Source of the DNA: an uncultured delta proteobacterium
GTDB lineage: Bacteria > Desulfobacterota > Binatia > DP-6
Direction of reading: 5' to 3'
Length of the DNA: 64,000 nt
NCBI GenBank assembly: GCA_963815115.1
Contig: CAWFFN010000007.1
Coordinates: forward strand, 288,001-352,000
The position numbers were made by a program, and so were the translations under genes. Shown one piece after another: positions 14,475 through 28,575 of the stretch; position 1 is the first letter of the stretch, and each line of letters starts with the position of its first letter. The notes beneath the pieces were generated by a model. That model was not told where the DNA came from and did not search any database. It saw only the letters and a program-made list of their open reading frames with translations.

Positions 14475-15454
14475 ATGGGGGACGACCCGCTCCGTCTCGG
14501 CGTCCTCGGCGCCGCGCGCATCGCGCCCATGGCGCTGCTGGCGCCTGCCCGCCGGGTGCCCGAGGCGGTGGTGCTGGCAGTCGCCGCTCGCGATGCCCCC
14601 CGGGCCAGCGCCTTCGCCGCTCGTCATCGCATCCCGCGCGTGCACGCGACGTACGACGCGCTGCTCGCCGACCCGGAGGTCGAGGCGATCTACAACCCGC
14701 TGCCCAACTCGCTGCACGCGCCCTGGACGATCCGGGCACTCGAGGCCGGCAAGCACGTGCTGTGCGAGAAGCCGCTCTCGGCAACGGTCGCCGAGGCCGA
14801 GGCGATGGCGGCGGCCGCCGCGCGCAGCGGGCGCATCCTGATGGAGGCGTTCCACTACCGTTACCACGCGCTCTTCGGGCGCATGCGCGCCGTCCTGCGC
14901 GCCGGCGAGCTCGGGACGGTGCGGCACCTCGAGGCCCGTCTCTGCATCCCGCTCCTCCGGCGGAACGACATCCGCTGGCGCGCCGATCTCGGCGGCGGCG
15001 CCCTGATGGACACGGGCTGCTACACCGTTCATCTGCTGCGCCACCTCGCCGAGGCGGAGCCCGGGGTCGTGTCCGCGCAGGCCGCCTGGACGCGGGGCGG
15101 CGTCGACCGCTGGCTCACCGCCGATCTCCGATTCCCCGGCGATCGCAGCGGACGGCTCACCTGCGCGCTGCTGTCGTGCGTCCCGCTCCGCATCAGCGCG
15201 CGAGTGACGGGCTCGGCGGGCACGCTCCGGGTGCTCAATCCGATCGCGCCCCAGTTCTTCCACCGCTTGCGGATCGAGACGCCCGCCGGCCGCCGCGTCG
15301 AGCGCGTCGCCGGCGCCGCATCCTACGACGAGCAGCTGCGGGCCTTCGTCGGCGCCGTCCGGCGCGGCGAGCCGGTGCCGACCGATCCCCCGGACTCGAT
15401 CGCCAACATGCGCGTCATCGAGTCGATCTACGCGGCGGTGGGCCGGCCGCGAGC

Positions 15455-15458
<4 letters not shown>
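14475..15458 (+). CDS. Gfo/Idh/MocA family oxidoreductase
   Basis: GVLGAARIA, YNPLPNSLH, GKHVLCEKP, GGGALMDTGCY. Confidence 0.92.
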
Positions 15459-19816
<4,358 letters not shown>

Positions 19817-19859
19817 TCCTCTTCTTACCCCAGGCTTCCCGGTCCGTCAGCACCGGCGC

Positions 19860-20622
19860 TCAGCCGAGCATGATCATCCCGCCGTCGATCGGGATCGCCT
19901 GGCCGGTGATGAAGCGAGCGCCGTCGCCGGCGAGGAAGACCATGACCGGCGCGAGGTCGCGCTCGGCGTCGCCGAGGCGGCCGCCGAGCGGGATCACGTG
20001 CCGCATGGTGAGATCGTGCACCCCGAGCTCCTCGGGCGTCATGCGTGCCCGGTGGGCGTCGTACATGCCGGTCCAGATGGCCGGGAGCAGCGAGTTCACC
20101 GTGATCCCGTAGCGGCCCCACTCCTGCGCGACCGTGCGCGTCCAGGCCATGACGCCGGCCTTGGCGGCGGAGTAGTGCGCCGAGCCGCGCTGCCCCCGCA
20201 CGCCGGCGCCCGGAGCCGAAGTTGATGATGCGGCCACCGTGCTCCCGCAGGTGCCGGAAGGCGGCCTGGTTGGTGTGGACGGTCCCTTTCAGGTTCACGC
20301 CGAGCACGAGGTCCCACTCGGCGTCGGTGATGTCCTCGGCGGCGCTGCCGCGCTCCACGCCGGCGACGTGTGCGAGGACGTCCAGGCCCCCCAGCTCCGC
20401 GGCGGCGCGCTCGAAGACGGCGAACACCTCGTCCCGGTGCGAAACGTCACAGTGATGATAGTCGACGTCGCGACCCGCCTCGCCGGCGACCGCCCGCCCC
20501 TCGTCGTCCGCGATGTCGAGCGCGGCGACGCGCGCGCCCTCGGCGGCATAGGCGCGCACGGTGGCCGCACCGATGCCGTTCGCCGCGCCGGTGACGATGA
20601 TCCGCTTGCCCGCGAGCCGCAT
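19860..20622 (-). pseudogene. SDR family oxidoreductase with a single +1 frameshift
   Basis: TGAANGIG...INFGSG in one frame, AGVRG...HYSAAKAG...GQAIPIDGG in another; one extra G in GGG at about 20210-20212 (probably a sequencing error). Confidence 0.85.
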
Positions 20623-20636
20623 CGCACCGCCTGCCG

Positions 20637-21242
20637 TCAGAGGTACCGCTTGCCGGCGATGCTGCCGTCGGCGCCGACGTCGTACAGGAGCGGGGCGCCG
20701 GTCGGGATCTCCAGCTCGAGCACCTCGGCGTGGCTGAGCCCGTCGAGGTGCATCACGAGGGCGCGCAGCGAGTTGCCGTGGGCGACCACCAGCACGTGCC
20801 GTCCCGCCTTCAGGTCGGGGAGGATGTGCGACTCCCAGTAGGGCAGCACCCGCTCCGCGGTGTCGGCCAGGCTCTCGCCTCCGGGCGGGCGGACGTCGTA
20901 GCTGCGGCGCCAGAGCTTGATCTGGGCGGCGCCGAAACGCGTCGCCGCCTCGGCCTTGTCGAGACCCTGGAGATCTCCGTACATGCGCTCGTTGAGCGCC
21001 GCGTCCCGCTCGGTGGGCGGAAGGGGCAGGCCGGCCGCCTCGAACGCCAGGGTTGCGGTGTCGACCGCACGTCGCAGGACGGAGGTGTAGAGCTTGTCGA
21101 TGCGGTGGCCGCGCAGCTTCAGCCCTGCGGCCCGCGCCTCGTCCTCGCCCTTGGGCGAGAGGGGCACGTCGACCCAGCCGGTGAAGCGGTTCTCGAGGTT
21201 CCACTGCGACTGGCCGTGCCGCAGCAGGATCAATGAAGACAT
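20637..21242 (-). CDS. gpmA: 2,3-bisphosphoglycerate-dependent phosphoglycerate mutase
   Basis: LRHGQSQWNLENRFTGWVD, LNERMYGDLQG, WRRSYD, AHGNSLRAL. Confidence 0.95.
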   Translation of the reverse strand: MSSLILLRHGQSQWNLENRFTGWVDVPLSPKGEDEARAAGLKLRGHRIDKLYTSVLRRAVDTATLAFEAAGLPLPPTERDAALNERMYGDLQGLDKAEAATRFGAAQIKLWRRSYDVRPPGGESLADTAERVLPYWESHILPDLKAGRHVLVVAHGNSLRALVMHLDGLSHAEVLELEIPTGAPLLYDVGADGSIAGKRYL

Positions 21243-21343
21243 GGCGCTGCGCTATAGCGCGGTGACGGGACGGCGAAAAGACGCGGTCAGCGGGGCGCTG
21301 CCGTTGCGGCCATCCCGTCCGGCTGGTAACAGATCGTCCCAGG

Positions 21344-22093
21344 ATGCTGATCGTCGCGCTCTTCGTCGTCCACTGGCTCGTTTCCGTGTTCATCCAGTCC
21401 AGCTTCCACCACCGCTACGCCGCGCATCGCATGTTCACGATGCCGCGCGTCACCGAGCGCATCACCCACTTCCTCGCCTTCCTGGTGCAGGGGCCCTCGT
21501 ATCTGCCGCCGAGTGCCTACGCGGTCCTCCACCGCGAGCATCACGCCTTCAGCGATACCGAGCGCGACCCCCACGCGCCCGCGTTCTTCAAGAACGTCTT
21601 CGCGATGATGCTGGCCACCGCGACGCGCTTCAGCGCGCACGTCGACGGCCGCTCGACGCCCGAGCCGCGCTTCCTGGGCAACACGCCCGACTGGCCGGTG
21701 CTCGACCGCATCGGATCGTCGTGGGCGACCCGGATCGCGTTCGGAGCGGGATACGGCCTGGTCTATCTCTGGCTCGCGACCGCGTGGTGGCAGTTCCTCT
21801 TCCTGCCGCTGCACTGGGTGATGGGTCCGGCGCAGGGCGCCATCGTCAACTGGTGCGGGCACAGCTACGGCTACCGGAACTTCGCGACGCGCGACAAGTC
21901 ACGCAACTTCCTTCCCTTCGACTTCCTCACCATGGGGGAGCTCTTCCAGAACAACCACCATCGCGCCTCGGGGCGGCTCAATTTCGCCTGGCGCAGGTTC
22001 GAGTTCGACCCGACGTATGCGCTGCTCCGGGTGTTCGCCTGGATGCGCGTGATCCGGCTGGTGCCGGCCGAGGAGCTCGCCGCCGCGGCGTGA
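21344..22093 (+). CDS. Membrane fatty-acid/acyl-CoA desaturase (delta-9-like)
   Basis: His boxes HHRYAAH, HREHH, QNNHH; hydrophobic segments. Confidence 0.88.
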   Translation: MLIVALFVVHWLVSVFIQSSFHHRYAAHRMFTMPRVTERITHFLAFLVQGPSYLPPSAYAVLHREHHAFSDTERDPHAPAFFKNVFAMMLATATRFSAHVDGRSTPEPRFLGNTPDWPVLDRIGSSWATRIAFGAGYGLVYLWLATAWWQFLFLPLHWVMGPAQGAIVNWCGHSYGYRNFATRDKSRNFLPFDFLTMGELFQNNHHRASGRLNFAWRRFEFDPTYALLRVFAWMRVIRLVPAEELAAAA

Positions 22094-22103
22094 TCGGCTG
22101 CCC

Positions 22104-23729
22104 TCAGGGCAGCGGGTCGATCAGCACCCCGGGGTTCAAGATCCCGCGCGGGTCGAGGGCGCGCTTCGCGGCCCGCAGCGCGTCGGCGAAGAGAGCGGGC
22201 CGTTCCTGGTCGTACCACGGCCGATGGTCGCGGCCCACGGCGTGGTGGTGGGTGATGGTGCCACCGTGGCGCAGGATGGCGTCGGCGGCGGCGGCCTTGA
22301 CGGCAGCCCACTGCTCGAGCTCGGCGCCCCGGCGGCCCGGCGCGATCACCGTGTAGTACGGCGCGGGTCCGTCCGGGTAGACGTGCGTGAAGCGACAGGT
22401 CACGTGACCGGCGCCGCAGACGCGCCGGACCGCGTCGAGGGCGGCTCCCATCACCGCTTCGTGGAACGACGGAAACCGATCCCAGGTGACCGCCGTCTCG
22501 AAGGTCTCGCTCACCATGCCGAGCGCGACGATGACGTTGCGCAGGTAGGGCGCGTCGAGGAAGGCGCGGCGCCAGGCGCCGGCGGCCCCCTCGCGCGCCC
22601 CCGTCTCCGCCGTGCGGGTGCGGCCGGCATCGGGCGGTACCCGACCGCCGTGATCGCGCGCGCATTCGAGCGCGCGCGCCATCCACGGGTCCAGGCCGTG
22701 GTCGGCCGACTCGAAGGCGAGCAGCAGGACGGTCTCCTCGCCGGAGCCGGCACCCGCGAGCGCCGCCTCGCCGGGATCGAGGAGGCGGCAGTTGGAGGGA
22801 TGAAGACCGGCCTGCGCGACGGCGCGTGCCGCCGCTGCACCGTCGGCGAACGCGGTGAAGGTGACGCTCGCCGCCGCGCGGAACGTCGGTCGATCCTGCA
22901 GGCGCATCCATGCTTCGACGATGACGCCGAGGGTGCCCTCGGAGCCGATGAAGAGGCGATCGGGACTCGGCCCCGCGCCCGATCCCGGCAGCCGTCGCGT
23001 CTGCACGATGCCGGCCGGGGTGACGACGCGCACGGCCTCGACGAAGTCGTCGATGTGCGTGTAGAGCGTCGCGTAGTGTCCTCCGGAGCGAGTCGCGATC
23101 CAGCCCCCGAGGGTCGAGAACTCGAACGACTGCGGGAAGTGCCGCAGCGTCAGGCCATGCGGACGGAGCTGCTCCTCGAGGTCGGGACCGAGCGCGCCGC
23201 CCTGGATGCGGGCGGCACGCGAGGCGCGATCCACCTCCAGCACCCGGCCGAGATGGGACAGGTCGAGCGAGACCACCGCGGGGAACGCGTCGCGTGGCGG
23301 CGGCTCGACGCCGCCGACCACGCTCGAGCCGCCGCCGTAGGGGATGGCGGCGGCGCGTAGCCCGCTGCACCACTCGAGGATCGCGACCACGTCGTCCTCG
23401 CTCCGCGGACGAGCGACGACGTCGGGTGGATTCGTGAAGTCGCCCCGCAGCCCGCGCACGAGGTCGCGGAACGACTTGCCGTATGTATGGGCTGCGCGCT
23501 CCCGCGTGCTGGTGCTGCACAGGGAGGCGAGCGCCGCCGGCGGGTCGCAGCGCGGCGCGGGGAGCCGAAGGTCCTCGAGCGCGGGCGGGGCCGTGGCATC
23601 GAGAGCATCGAGCCCGAACCGCGCCTGGAGAGCCGCGGCAATGCCCCGCGTCTGATCGGGGTCCGGACCGGCGCCGGTCCATCCCCAGCCCCACACGCTG
23701 CGTTCGCGCACCTGCGGCTCGGGGCTCAC
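22104..23729 (-). CDS. FAD-linked oxidase, alkyl-dihydroxyacetonephosphate synthase-like
   Basis: PYGGGSSVVGG, HFPQSFEFSTLGGWIATRSGG, GSEGTLG, THHHAVG, LDPRGILNPG. Confidence 0.88.
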   Translation of the reverse strand: MSPEPQVRERSVWGWGWTGAGPDPDQTRGIAAALQARFGLDALDATAPPALEDLRLPAPRCDPPAALASLCSTSTRERAAHTYGKSFRDLVRGLRGDFTNPPDVVARPRSEDDVVAILEWCSGLRAAAIPYGGGSSVVGGVEPPPRDAFPAVVSLDLSHLGRVLEVDRASRAARIQGGALGPDLEEQLRPHGLTLRHFPQSFEFSTLGGWIATRSGGHYATLYTHIDDFVEAVRVVTPAGIVQTRRLPGSGAGPSPDRLFIGSEGTLGVIVEAWMRLQDRPTFRAAASVTFTAFADGAAAARAVAQAGLHPSNCRLLDPGEAALAGAGSGEETVLLLAFESADHGLDPWMARALECARDHGGRVPPDAGRTRTAETGAREGAAGAWRRAFLDAPYLRNVIVALGMVSETFETAVTWDRFPSFHEAVMGAALDAVRRVCGAGHVTCRFTHVYPDGPAPYYTVIAPGRRGAELEQWAAVKAAAADAILRHGGTITHHHAVGRDHRPWYDQERPALFADALRAAKRALDPRGILNPGVLIDPLP

Positions 23730-23750
23730 GCGGGGGTGCGGGCGTCCTGG

Positions 23751-24170
23751 CTAGCGCAGGCTGCGCTTCTTCGCCCGGAGGCCGCGCCGGCTGCCGCCGT
23801 TCTTGCGGAACATGGGCGCCTCACCACCGAAATCCGGCGGGAAATCGCGCGGGAATTCGGTCGCACGGAATGACGGCGCCGCACCGGTACCCGGACGCGG
23901 AATGCGCGGAGCTCTCGGCGGTGGCTTCTCGTCGGCGTCGTTCACGCGCAGGCGACGCCCGCGATGCTCGACACTGTCGAAGCGGCGGATGGCATCCGCG
24001 GCCATGGCCGCATCCGAGAACTCGGCGAAGGCGAAGCCGCGCGAGCGGCCCGTGACGCGATCGATGCCGAGGCGCACCCGGACGCGCGAGTCGACCTCGC
24101 CGAGCAACGAACGCAGCTCGTCTTCCGTGGCGTCGAAACTAAGATTGCCGATGAAGATGGTGGACGAAAT
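23751..24170 (-). CDS. RRM RNA-binding protein with basic/Gly-rich tail; probable ATT start
   Basis: RNP2 IFIGNL (upstream of the ORF-track start) and RNP1 RGFAFAEF; AGGAGG 6 nt before ATT at 24170. Confidence 0.9.
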   Translation of the reverse strand: MSSTIFIGNLSFDATEDELRSLLGEVDSRVRVRLGIDRVTGRSRGFAFAEFSDAAMAADAIRRFDSVEHRGRRLRVNDADEKPPPRAPRIPRPGTGAAPSFRATEFPRDFPPDFGGEAPMFRKNGGSRRGLRAKKRSLR

Positions 24171-24242
24171 GGGACTCCTCCTCAGGTTCAGAATTTGGCG
24201 GGACCATAGCAGCTTGGAGGGACCTGTGCGAGCCTCGCACGG

Positions 24243-25022
24243 TCACGAAAGCTCGTGAGAGAAGCGGATGTTGCCCTTGCGCATTCCCTCCAGGACGATG
24301 TCGACCCCACCGCTGCGTAGCATCCACTCGAGCCGATGGTCGCGGTACTCGCGCCGGAAGTGCCCCGACTCGACGAGCTGGGGCAGCATCTCGAAACCGC
24401 CGAGGCTCTGCGTCGCCGCCTCGAAGGTGCTGGCGACACTCGGCCGCGGGAGCACGCGGTCCAGCCACGCGCCGAGGGCCGAGCCGCTCGCCGGAGGCGA
24501 GCCGGTCATCGCCGCGGCCTGGACGAACGGGACGATGCAGACGTCACCCCATCCGAAGGTCTCGCCGTTGAAGTAGGGGCCCGAGCCCAGGGCCCGGTCG
24601 AGATAGGCGTTCACGCCGGCACGCTGCTCGGCGGCCCGCGCCTCGAGGCGGTCGGCGAGATCGCCGGTGGCACGGCGGAAGATGCGGAGCTCGAAGATGG
24701 CCCAGTTGATGGCCTCGTAGTACGTGTCGCAGATCTCCTCGAGCAGGCGCACGCGCGCGCGCTCGGCGGCGCCGGCGGGCAGCAGCGCGGGCGCGGGCCA
24801 GCGGTCCTCGAGGTACTCGAGGATGACGGTCGAGTCGAAGACCGCGACCTCGCCGTCGACCAGGGTCGGGACCTCGAGTCGCGGATTGAGCGGAGCGAAC
24901 TCGGCGAGGTTGCCACCGAGGAGATCGGGCAGCCGCGACTCGAACGGCACGCCCTTCTCGCCCAGCGCGATCTTCACCTTCTGCGCGTAGGGCGACAGGG
25001 GATGCTCGTAAAGGACGACCAT
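24243..25022 (-). CDS. Glutathione S-transferase family protein
   Basis: HPLSPYAQKV, LNPRLEVPTL, FDSTVILEYLE. Confidence 0.92.
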   Translation of the reverse strand: MVVLYEHPLSPYAQKVKIALGEKGVPFESRLPDLLGGNLAEFAPLNPRLEVPTLVDGEVAVFDSTVILEYLEDRWPAPALLPAGAAERARVRLLEEICDTYYEAINWAIFELRIFRRATGDLADRLEARAAEQRAGVNAYLDRALGSGPYFNGETFGWGDVCIVPFVQAAAMTGSPPASGSALGAWLDRVLPRPSVASTFEAATQSLGGFEMLPQLVESGHFRREYRDHRLEWMLRSGGVDIVLEGMRKGNIRFSHELS

Positions 25023-25075
25023 GGGGCGCTCTTAGAGCACAGGTCGGCCGTGGCGGCTAGGGGGTACGGCGTCCA

Positions 25076-26056
25076 TCAGGCGGACGCGAGCTGCTCGAAC
25101 GCGCTCCAGATCGCGGCCTCGTCGAACATGAAGGGATGGACCATGGGCGTCGTCACCCCGGCATCGGCGAACGCGCGCAGGCGCTCGCGGCAATGGGCCG
25201 CCGGGCCGATGACGGCGAGCCGGTCGATCATCGCGTCGGTGACGGCGGCGAGGTTGCGGGCGCGATCCTTCGCCTGCCAGCCGGCCAGGATGGCGGCGGC
25301 CTCGTCGGCGAAGCCGCACCAGGCGACGAAGCGGTTGTACACCGAGGTGGCGAAGTACGGACCCATCATGTGGCGTAGCGCGCCGCGCGCTCCCGCCACG
25401 TCGTCGGTCACGATGGTCTGGAAGCGGGCCACGATCTCGAGCCGGGACGGGTCGCGCCCGGCACGCTCGGCGCCCCGGCGCACATGCGCGAGCATGCGCG
25501 GCACGGCGTCGACGGGCATGAAGTTCAGGATGACGCCGTCGGCGATCTCGCCGGCCAGCTCGAGCATCGGCGGCATCAGGGCCGCCAGGTAGATGGGCAC
25601 CGGCTGCGGCGGCAGCGACACGAGGCGGAAGCCCCGCGTGCGGATCGTCCGTCCCGCGAACGTGACGCGCTCGCCGGCGAGCATGGAGCGCAGCACGCCG
25701 ACGGTCTCGCGGATGCGCTCCATGGGGCGCGAGAACTCGACACCGCCCCAGGCGTCGACGATGGTCTCGCTCGAGGCGCCGAGGCCGAGCACGACGCGTC
25801 CGGGCGCGAGCTGCGCCACCGAGCCGACCCCGCCGGCCATGACCGACGGCGTGCGCGTGTAGACGGGCACCACCGCGGTGCCGATGCGGAGCCGCTTCGT
25901 GCACGTCGCCACCGCGGCCCCGACCACGAACGGGTCGGGCCCGGCGCCCGTGTCGGCGATCCAGACGCTGTCGTAGCCGAGTGCTTCGACCCGCTCGGCC
26001 ACGCGGCGGCACATGGCGAGATCGGGCGGCACGGGAAGGCTGGCGGCGAGACGCAT
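25076..26056 (-). CDS. LLM-class (luciferase-like) flavin/F420-dependent oxidoreductase
   Basis: GYDSVWIAD, RLRIGTAV, GRVVLGLG, IYLAA...MLELAGEIADG; start could be 26068. Confidence 0.9.
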   Translation of the reverse strand: MRLAASLPVPPDLAMCRRVAERVEALGYDSVWIADTGAGPDPFVVGAAVATCTKRLRIGTAVVPVYTRTPSVMAGGVGSVAQLAPGRVVLGLGASSETIVDAWGGVEFSRPMERIRETVGVLRSMLAGERVTFAGRTIRTRGFRLVSLPPQPVPIYLAALMPPMLELAGEIADGVILNFMPVDAVPRMLAHVRRGAERAGRDPSRLEIVARFQTIVTDDVAGARGALRHMMGPYFATSVYNRFVAWCGFADEAAAILAGWQAKDRARNLAAVTDAMIDRLAVIGPAAHCRERLRAFADAGVTTPMVHPFMFDEAAIWSAFEQLASA

Positions 26057-26101
26057 GGGGCGCTCCATCGCATGCCGCGTCCGGAGCCACAACCCGCGCG
26101 G

Positions 26102-26755
26102 CTACCAGCGCTCGTACTGGACGGCGCGGCGGGCGTACCCGCCGCGGCGGAGCAGATCGCGCAGGCGCGGGACCATCTCGCCGACGCCGCAGACGAAGAA
26201 TTGCCGCGTGCGTTCGGCGTCGTGCTCGAGCCAGCGGCGGCGAACCTCGTCCTCGGCGGCGTCCGGGGCGATCACGTCGACGGCGAGACCGGGCAGGGCG
26301 GCGAGCTCGTCGCGATAGATCGGCCGGGTGGTGGCGTAGAGCAGCGTCAGCGGACGTGTGGCACCCATCACGGCCCGGTGCAGCATCGGACGGATGGGAG
26401 CGATGCCCGTGCCGAGGGCGACGAAGACGGTCTCGGCTTCGGGGGCGCGGTCCAGCAGGAAGGTGCCCCACGGACCGGTGAAGTCGACCCGCGCGCCGGG
26501 CGACAGGTCGAAGAGGTAGTGCGACCCCGGGCCGCCCGGGACGCGATCGATCAGCAGCTCGAGATGCGCGGCCTCCTCGGGGCAGGAGGCGATGGAGTAC
26601 GGGCGGATCAGGCGTTCACCGCCGACGGGCAGCAGGCAGGAGACGAACTGGCCGGGGCGGAAGGCGACGCCGCCCGGTACGTGAAGGAAGATCGAGCGCG
26701 TCTCGCGGCCGTGGTCCCGCACCGCCTCGAGCACGGCGGCGCGTTCCTCAGCCAT
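26102..26755 (-). CDS. Ferredoxin-NAD(P) reductase-like FAD/NAD-binding protein
   Basis: FRPGQF, RPYSIAS, GPWGTF, GTGIAP, VCG. Confidence 0.88.
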   Translation of the reverse strand: MAEERAAVLEAVRDHGRETRSIFLHVPGGVAFRPGQFVSCLLPVGGERLIRPYSIASCPEEAAHLELLIDRVPGGPGSHYLFDLSPGARVDFTGPWGTFLLDRAPEAETVFVALGTGIAPIRPMLHRAVMGATRPLTLLYATTRPIYRDELAALPGLAVDVIAPDAAEDEVRRRWLEHDAERTRQFFVCGVGEMVPRLRDLLRRGGYARRAVQYERW

Positions 26756-27119
26756 GGCTCCCGGATATCTGGTTGATGGTGTAGCGCGGGACGAGGACCT
26801 CGATCACCGCGTCGTCGTCCTCGATCACCGCCTGGCAGCCGAGGCGCGACGTCGGCGTCAGGCCGGGTGCCTTGTCGAGCAGGTCCTCCTCGCTCTCCTC
26901 CGCCTCCGACAGCCGCTCGAAGCCGCGTTTCACCACGACGTGGCAGGTCGTGCACGCGCAGCTGCCGCCGCAGGCGTGCTCGAGGGGAACGCCGTGCGCG
27001 AGCAGCACGTCGAGGATGGATCCCGGCCGGCCGTCGTGCTGGAAGGGCGCACGTTTGAGGTCGACCTCGATCACCCGCTCGGGCTCGCCGCTCTCGAATC
27101 GCACGATCACCTTCGCCAT
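26748..27119 (-). CDS. fdx: 2Fe-2S ferredoxin, ISC/adrenodoxin type
   Basis: EHACGGSCACTTCHV...SRLGCQA; PRYTIN C-terminus. Confidence 0.9.
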   Translation of the reverse strand: MAKVIVRFESGEPERVIEVDLKRAPFQHDGRPGSILDVLLAHGVPLEHACGGSCACTTCHVVVKRGFERLSEAEESEEDLLDKAPGLTPTSRLGCQAVIEDDDAVIEVLVPRYTINQISGSHG

Positions 27120-27208
27120 CGAAGGCTCGTTTCTAGCAGGGGTCTCGGGACCGAGCGAACCGGGAGAATCTGTGGCGGCCCGGCGGCGGTGTGGTGTACA
27201 GCTGCCCA

Positions 27209-28054
27209 ATGCCGATCCACTACGAAAAGGACGGGCACGTCGTCACCATCACGATCGACCGGCCCGAGGCCCGCAACTCCCTCGACCTCGAGCACTTCGG
27301 TCAGCTCGCCGACTCCTGGGTGCGGTTCCGCGACGACGCCGAGGCCTTCGTCGCCATCCTCACCGGCGTCCAGGACGTCTACTGCGTGGGTGCCGACCTG
27401 AAGCGCTTCATCCCGATCGTCACCGAGCGCGCCGACAAGCTGGCGGCGGGCGAGTCGATGCAGCGGGTGGGCGAGTCGCGCTACAGCATGGCCCACTCCC
27501 TGGTGGCGGTGCTGCGCGACGGCGCCATCCTGCCCGAGACCGGCGAGGAGTTCACGCTCTACAAGCCCGTGATCGCCGCGATCAACGGCATCTGCGCCGC
27601 CGGCGGCCTCGAGATGATGTGGAACACCGATCTCCGCGTGTGCGCGGACGACGCCTGGTTCCAGCTCGCCGAGCCGCGGCGCGGGCTGTTCCCCGGCGGG
27701 GGGTCCACCGTCCACAGCGCGCGCCAGCTGTCGTGGTGCCACGCGATGGAGGTGGTCCTGCTGGCGGATCGCATCGGCGCCCAGCGCGCCCACGAGATCG
27801 GGCTCGTCAACCGGGTCGTGCCGCGCGCCCAGGTCATGGCAGAAGCCCGCGCGCTGGCGGCGACCATCTGCCTGAACGGTCCGCTCGCGGTCCGCGCCTG
27901 CAAGCAGTCGGCGAAGGAGAGCACCTTCCTGCCGCTGAAGGAGGCGCTCGAGAACGAGATGCGCTTCTCCGCCGGCGTCTTCATGAGCGACGACGCCAAG
28001 GAGGGCATCCAGGCCTTCAAGGAGAAGCGGCCGCCGGTGTGGAAGGGACGCTGA
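27209..28054 (+). CDS. Enoyl-CoA hydratase/isomerase family protein
   Basis: IDRPEARNSL, CVGADLK, KPVIAAING, AFKEKRPP. Confidence 0.93.
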   Translation: MPIHYEKDGHVVTITIDRPEARNSLDLEHFGQLADSWVRFRDDAEAFVAILTGVQDVYCVGADLKRFIPIVTERADKLAAGESMQRVGESRYSMAHSLVAVLRDGAILPETGEEFTLYKPVIAAINGICAAGGLEMMWNTDLRVCADDAWFQLAEPRRGLFPGGGSTVHSARQLSWCHAMEVVLLADRIGAQRAHEIGLVNRVVPRAQVMAEARALAATICLNGPLAVRACKQSAKESTFLPLKEALENEMRFSAGVFMSDDAKEGIQAFKEKRPPVWKGR

Positions 28055-28064
28055 AGGGCCGGGA

Positions 28065-28454
28065 TCACACGACCAGCAGGAGGGCGAGGACGAGCGCGAG
28101 CCCCGAGACGTACGTGCCGAGCGCACCGACGAAACGCAGCGGCTGCGGGCGGTCGAGGCTCGGTGAGAGCAGCATCCCGGCCGCGTGCACGTAGCGAAAC
28201 CCGGTTGCCGCGACGAAGGTCCACACCATCCACGGCGTCGCGCCCCGTGCGGCGATCGCCAGCATCAGGACGGCGAGCATGGGCGCATACTCGGCGGCGT
28301 TGCCATGGGCGCGGACCATCTTGTGGAGGCGATCGGTCGGATCGATCCCGTGGCCGATGACCGTCCCGGTCGAACCGCGAAGCACGGAGACGACCAGTCC
28401 GAGGCCGAAGATCAGCAGGCCGAGGAGTGCGGTGCAGACGAGCGCGACGGTCAT
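28065..28454 (-). CDS. MAPEG family membrane protein
   Basis: RAHGNAAEY motif, RYVHA, four hydrophobic segments. Confidence 0.85.
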   Translation of the reverse strand: MTVALVCTALLGLLIFGLGLVVSVLRGSTGTVIGHGIDPTDRLHKMVRAHGNAAEYAPMLAVLMLAIAARGATPWMVWTFVAATGFRYVHAAGMLLSPSLDRPQPLRFVGALGTYVSGLALVLALLLVV

Positions 28455-28530
28455 GGGGAGGTCTCCTTCCTTCTGGAGGAGAAGCCGGCAGGTGCAGGCC
28501 GATGCAAGGCGGCGGGCGACATCGACGCGC

Positions 28531-28575
28531 TTGACGCGATCATGCGTCCCCCATTACATTTAAGGTAATGCTTAA
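28531..28575 (+). promoter_or_regulatory. Sigma70-type promoter with overlapping inverted-repeat operator for arsR-SRPBCC
   Basis: TTGACG (28531) -18 nt- TACATT (28555); inverted repeats TTAAG-N6-CTTAA and CATTAC-N7-GTAATG over the start codon. Confidence 0.65.

Noticed and set aside
20205-20215. SDR frameshift as programmed recoding
   Set aside because: A single extra G in a short run with no slippery heptamer; most simply a sequencing error or point lesion.
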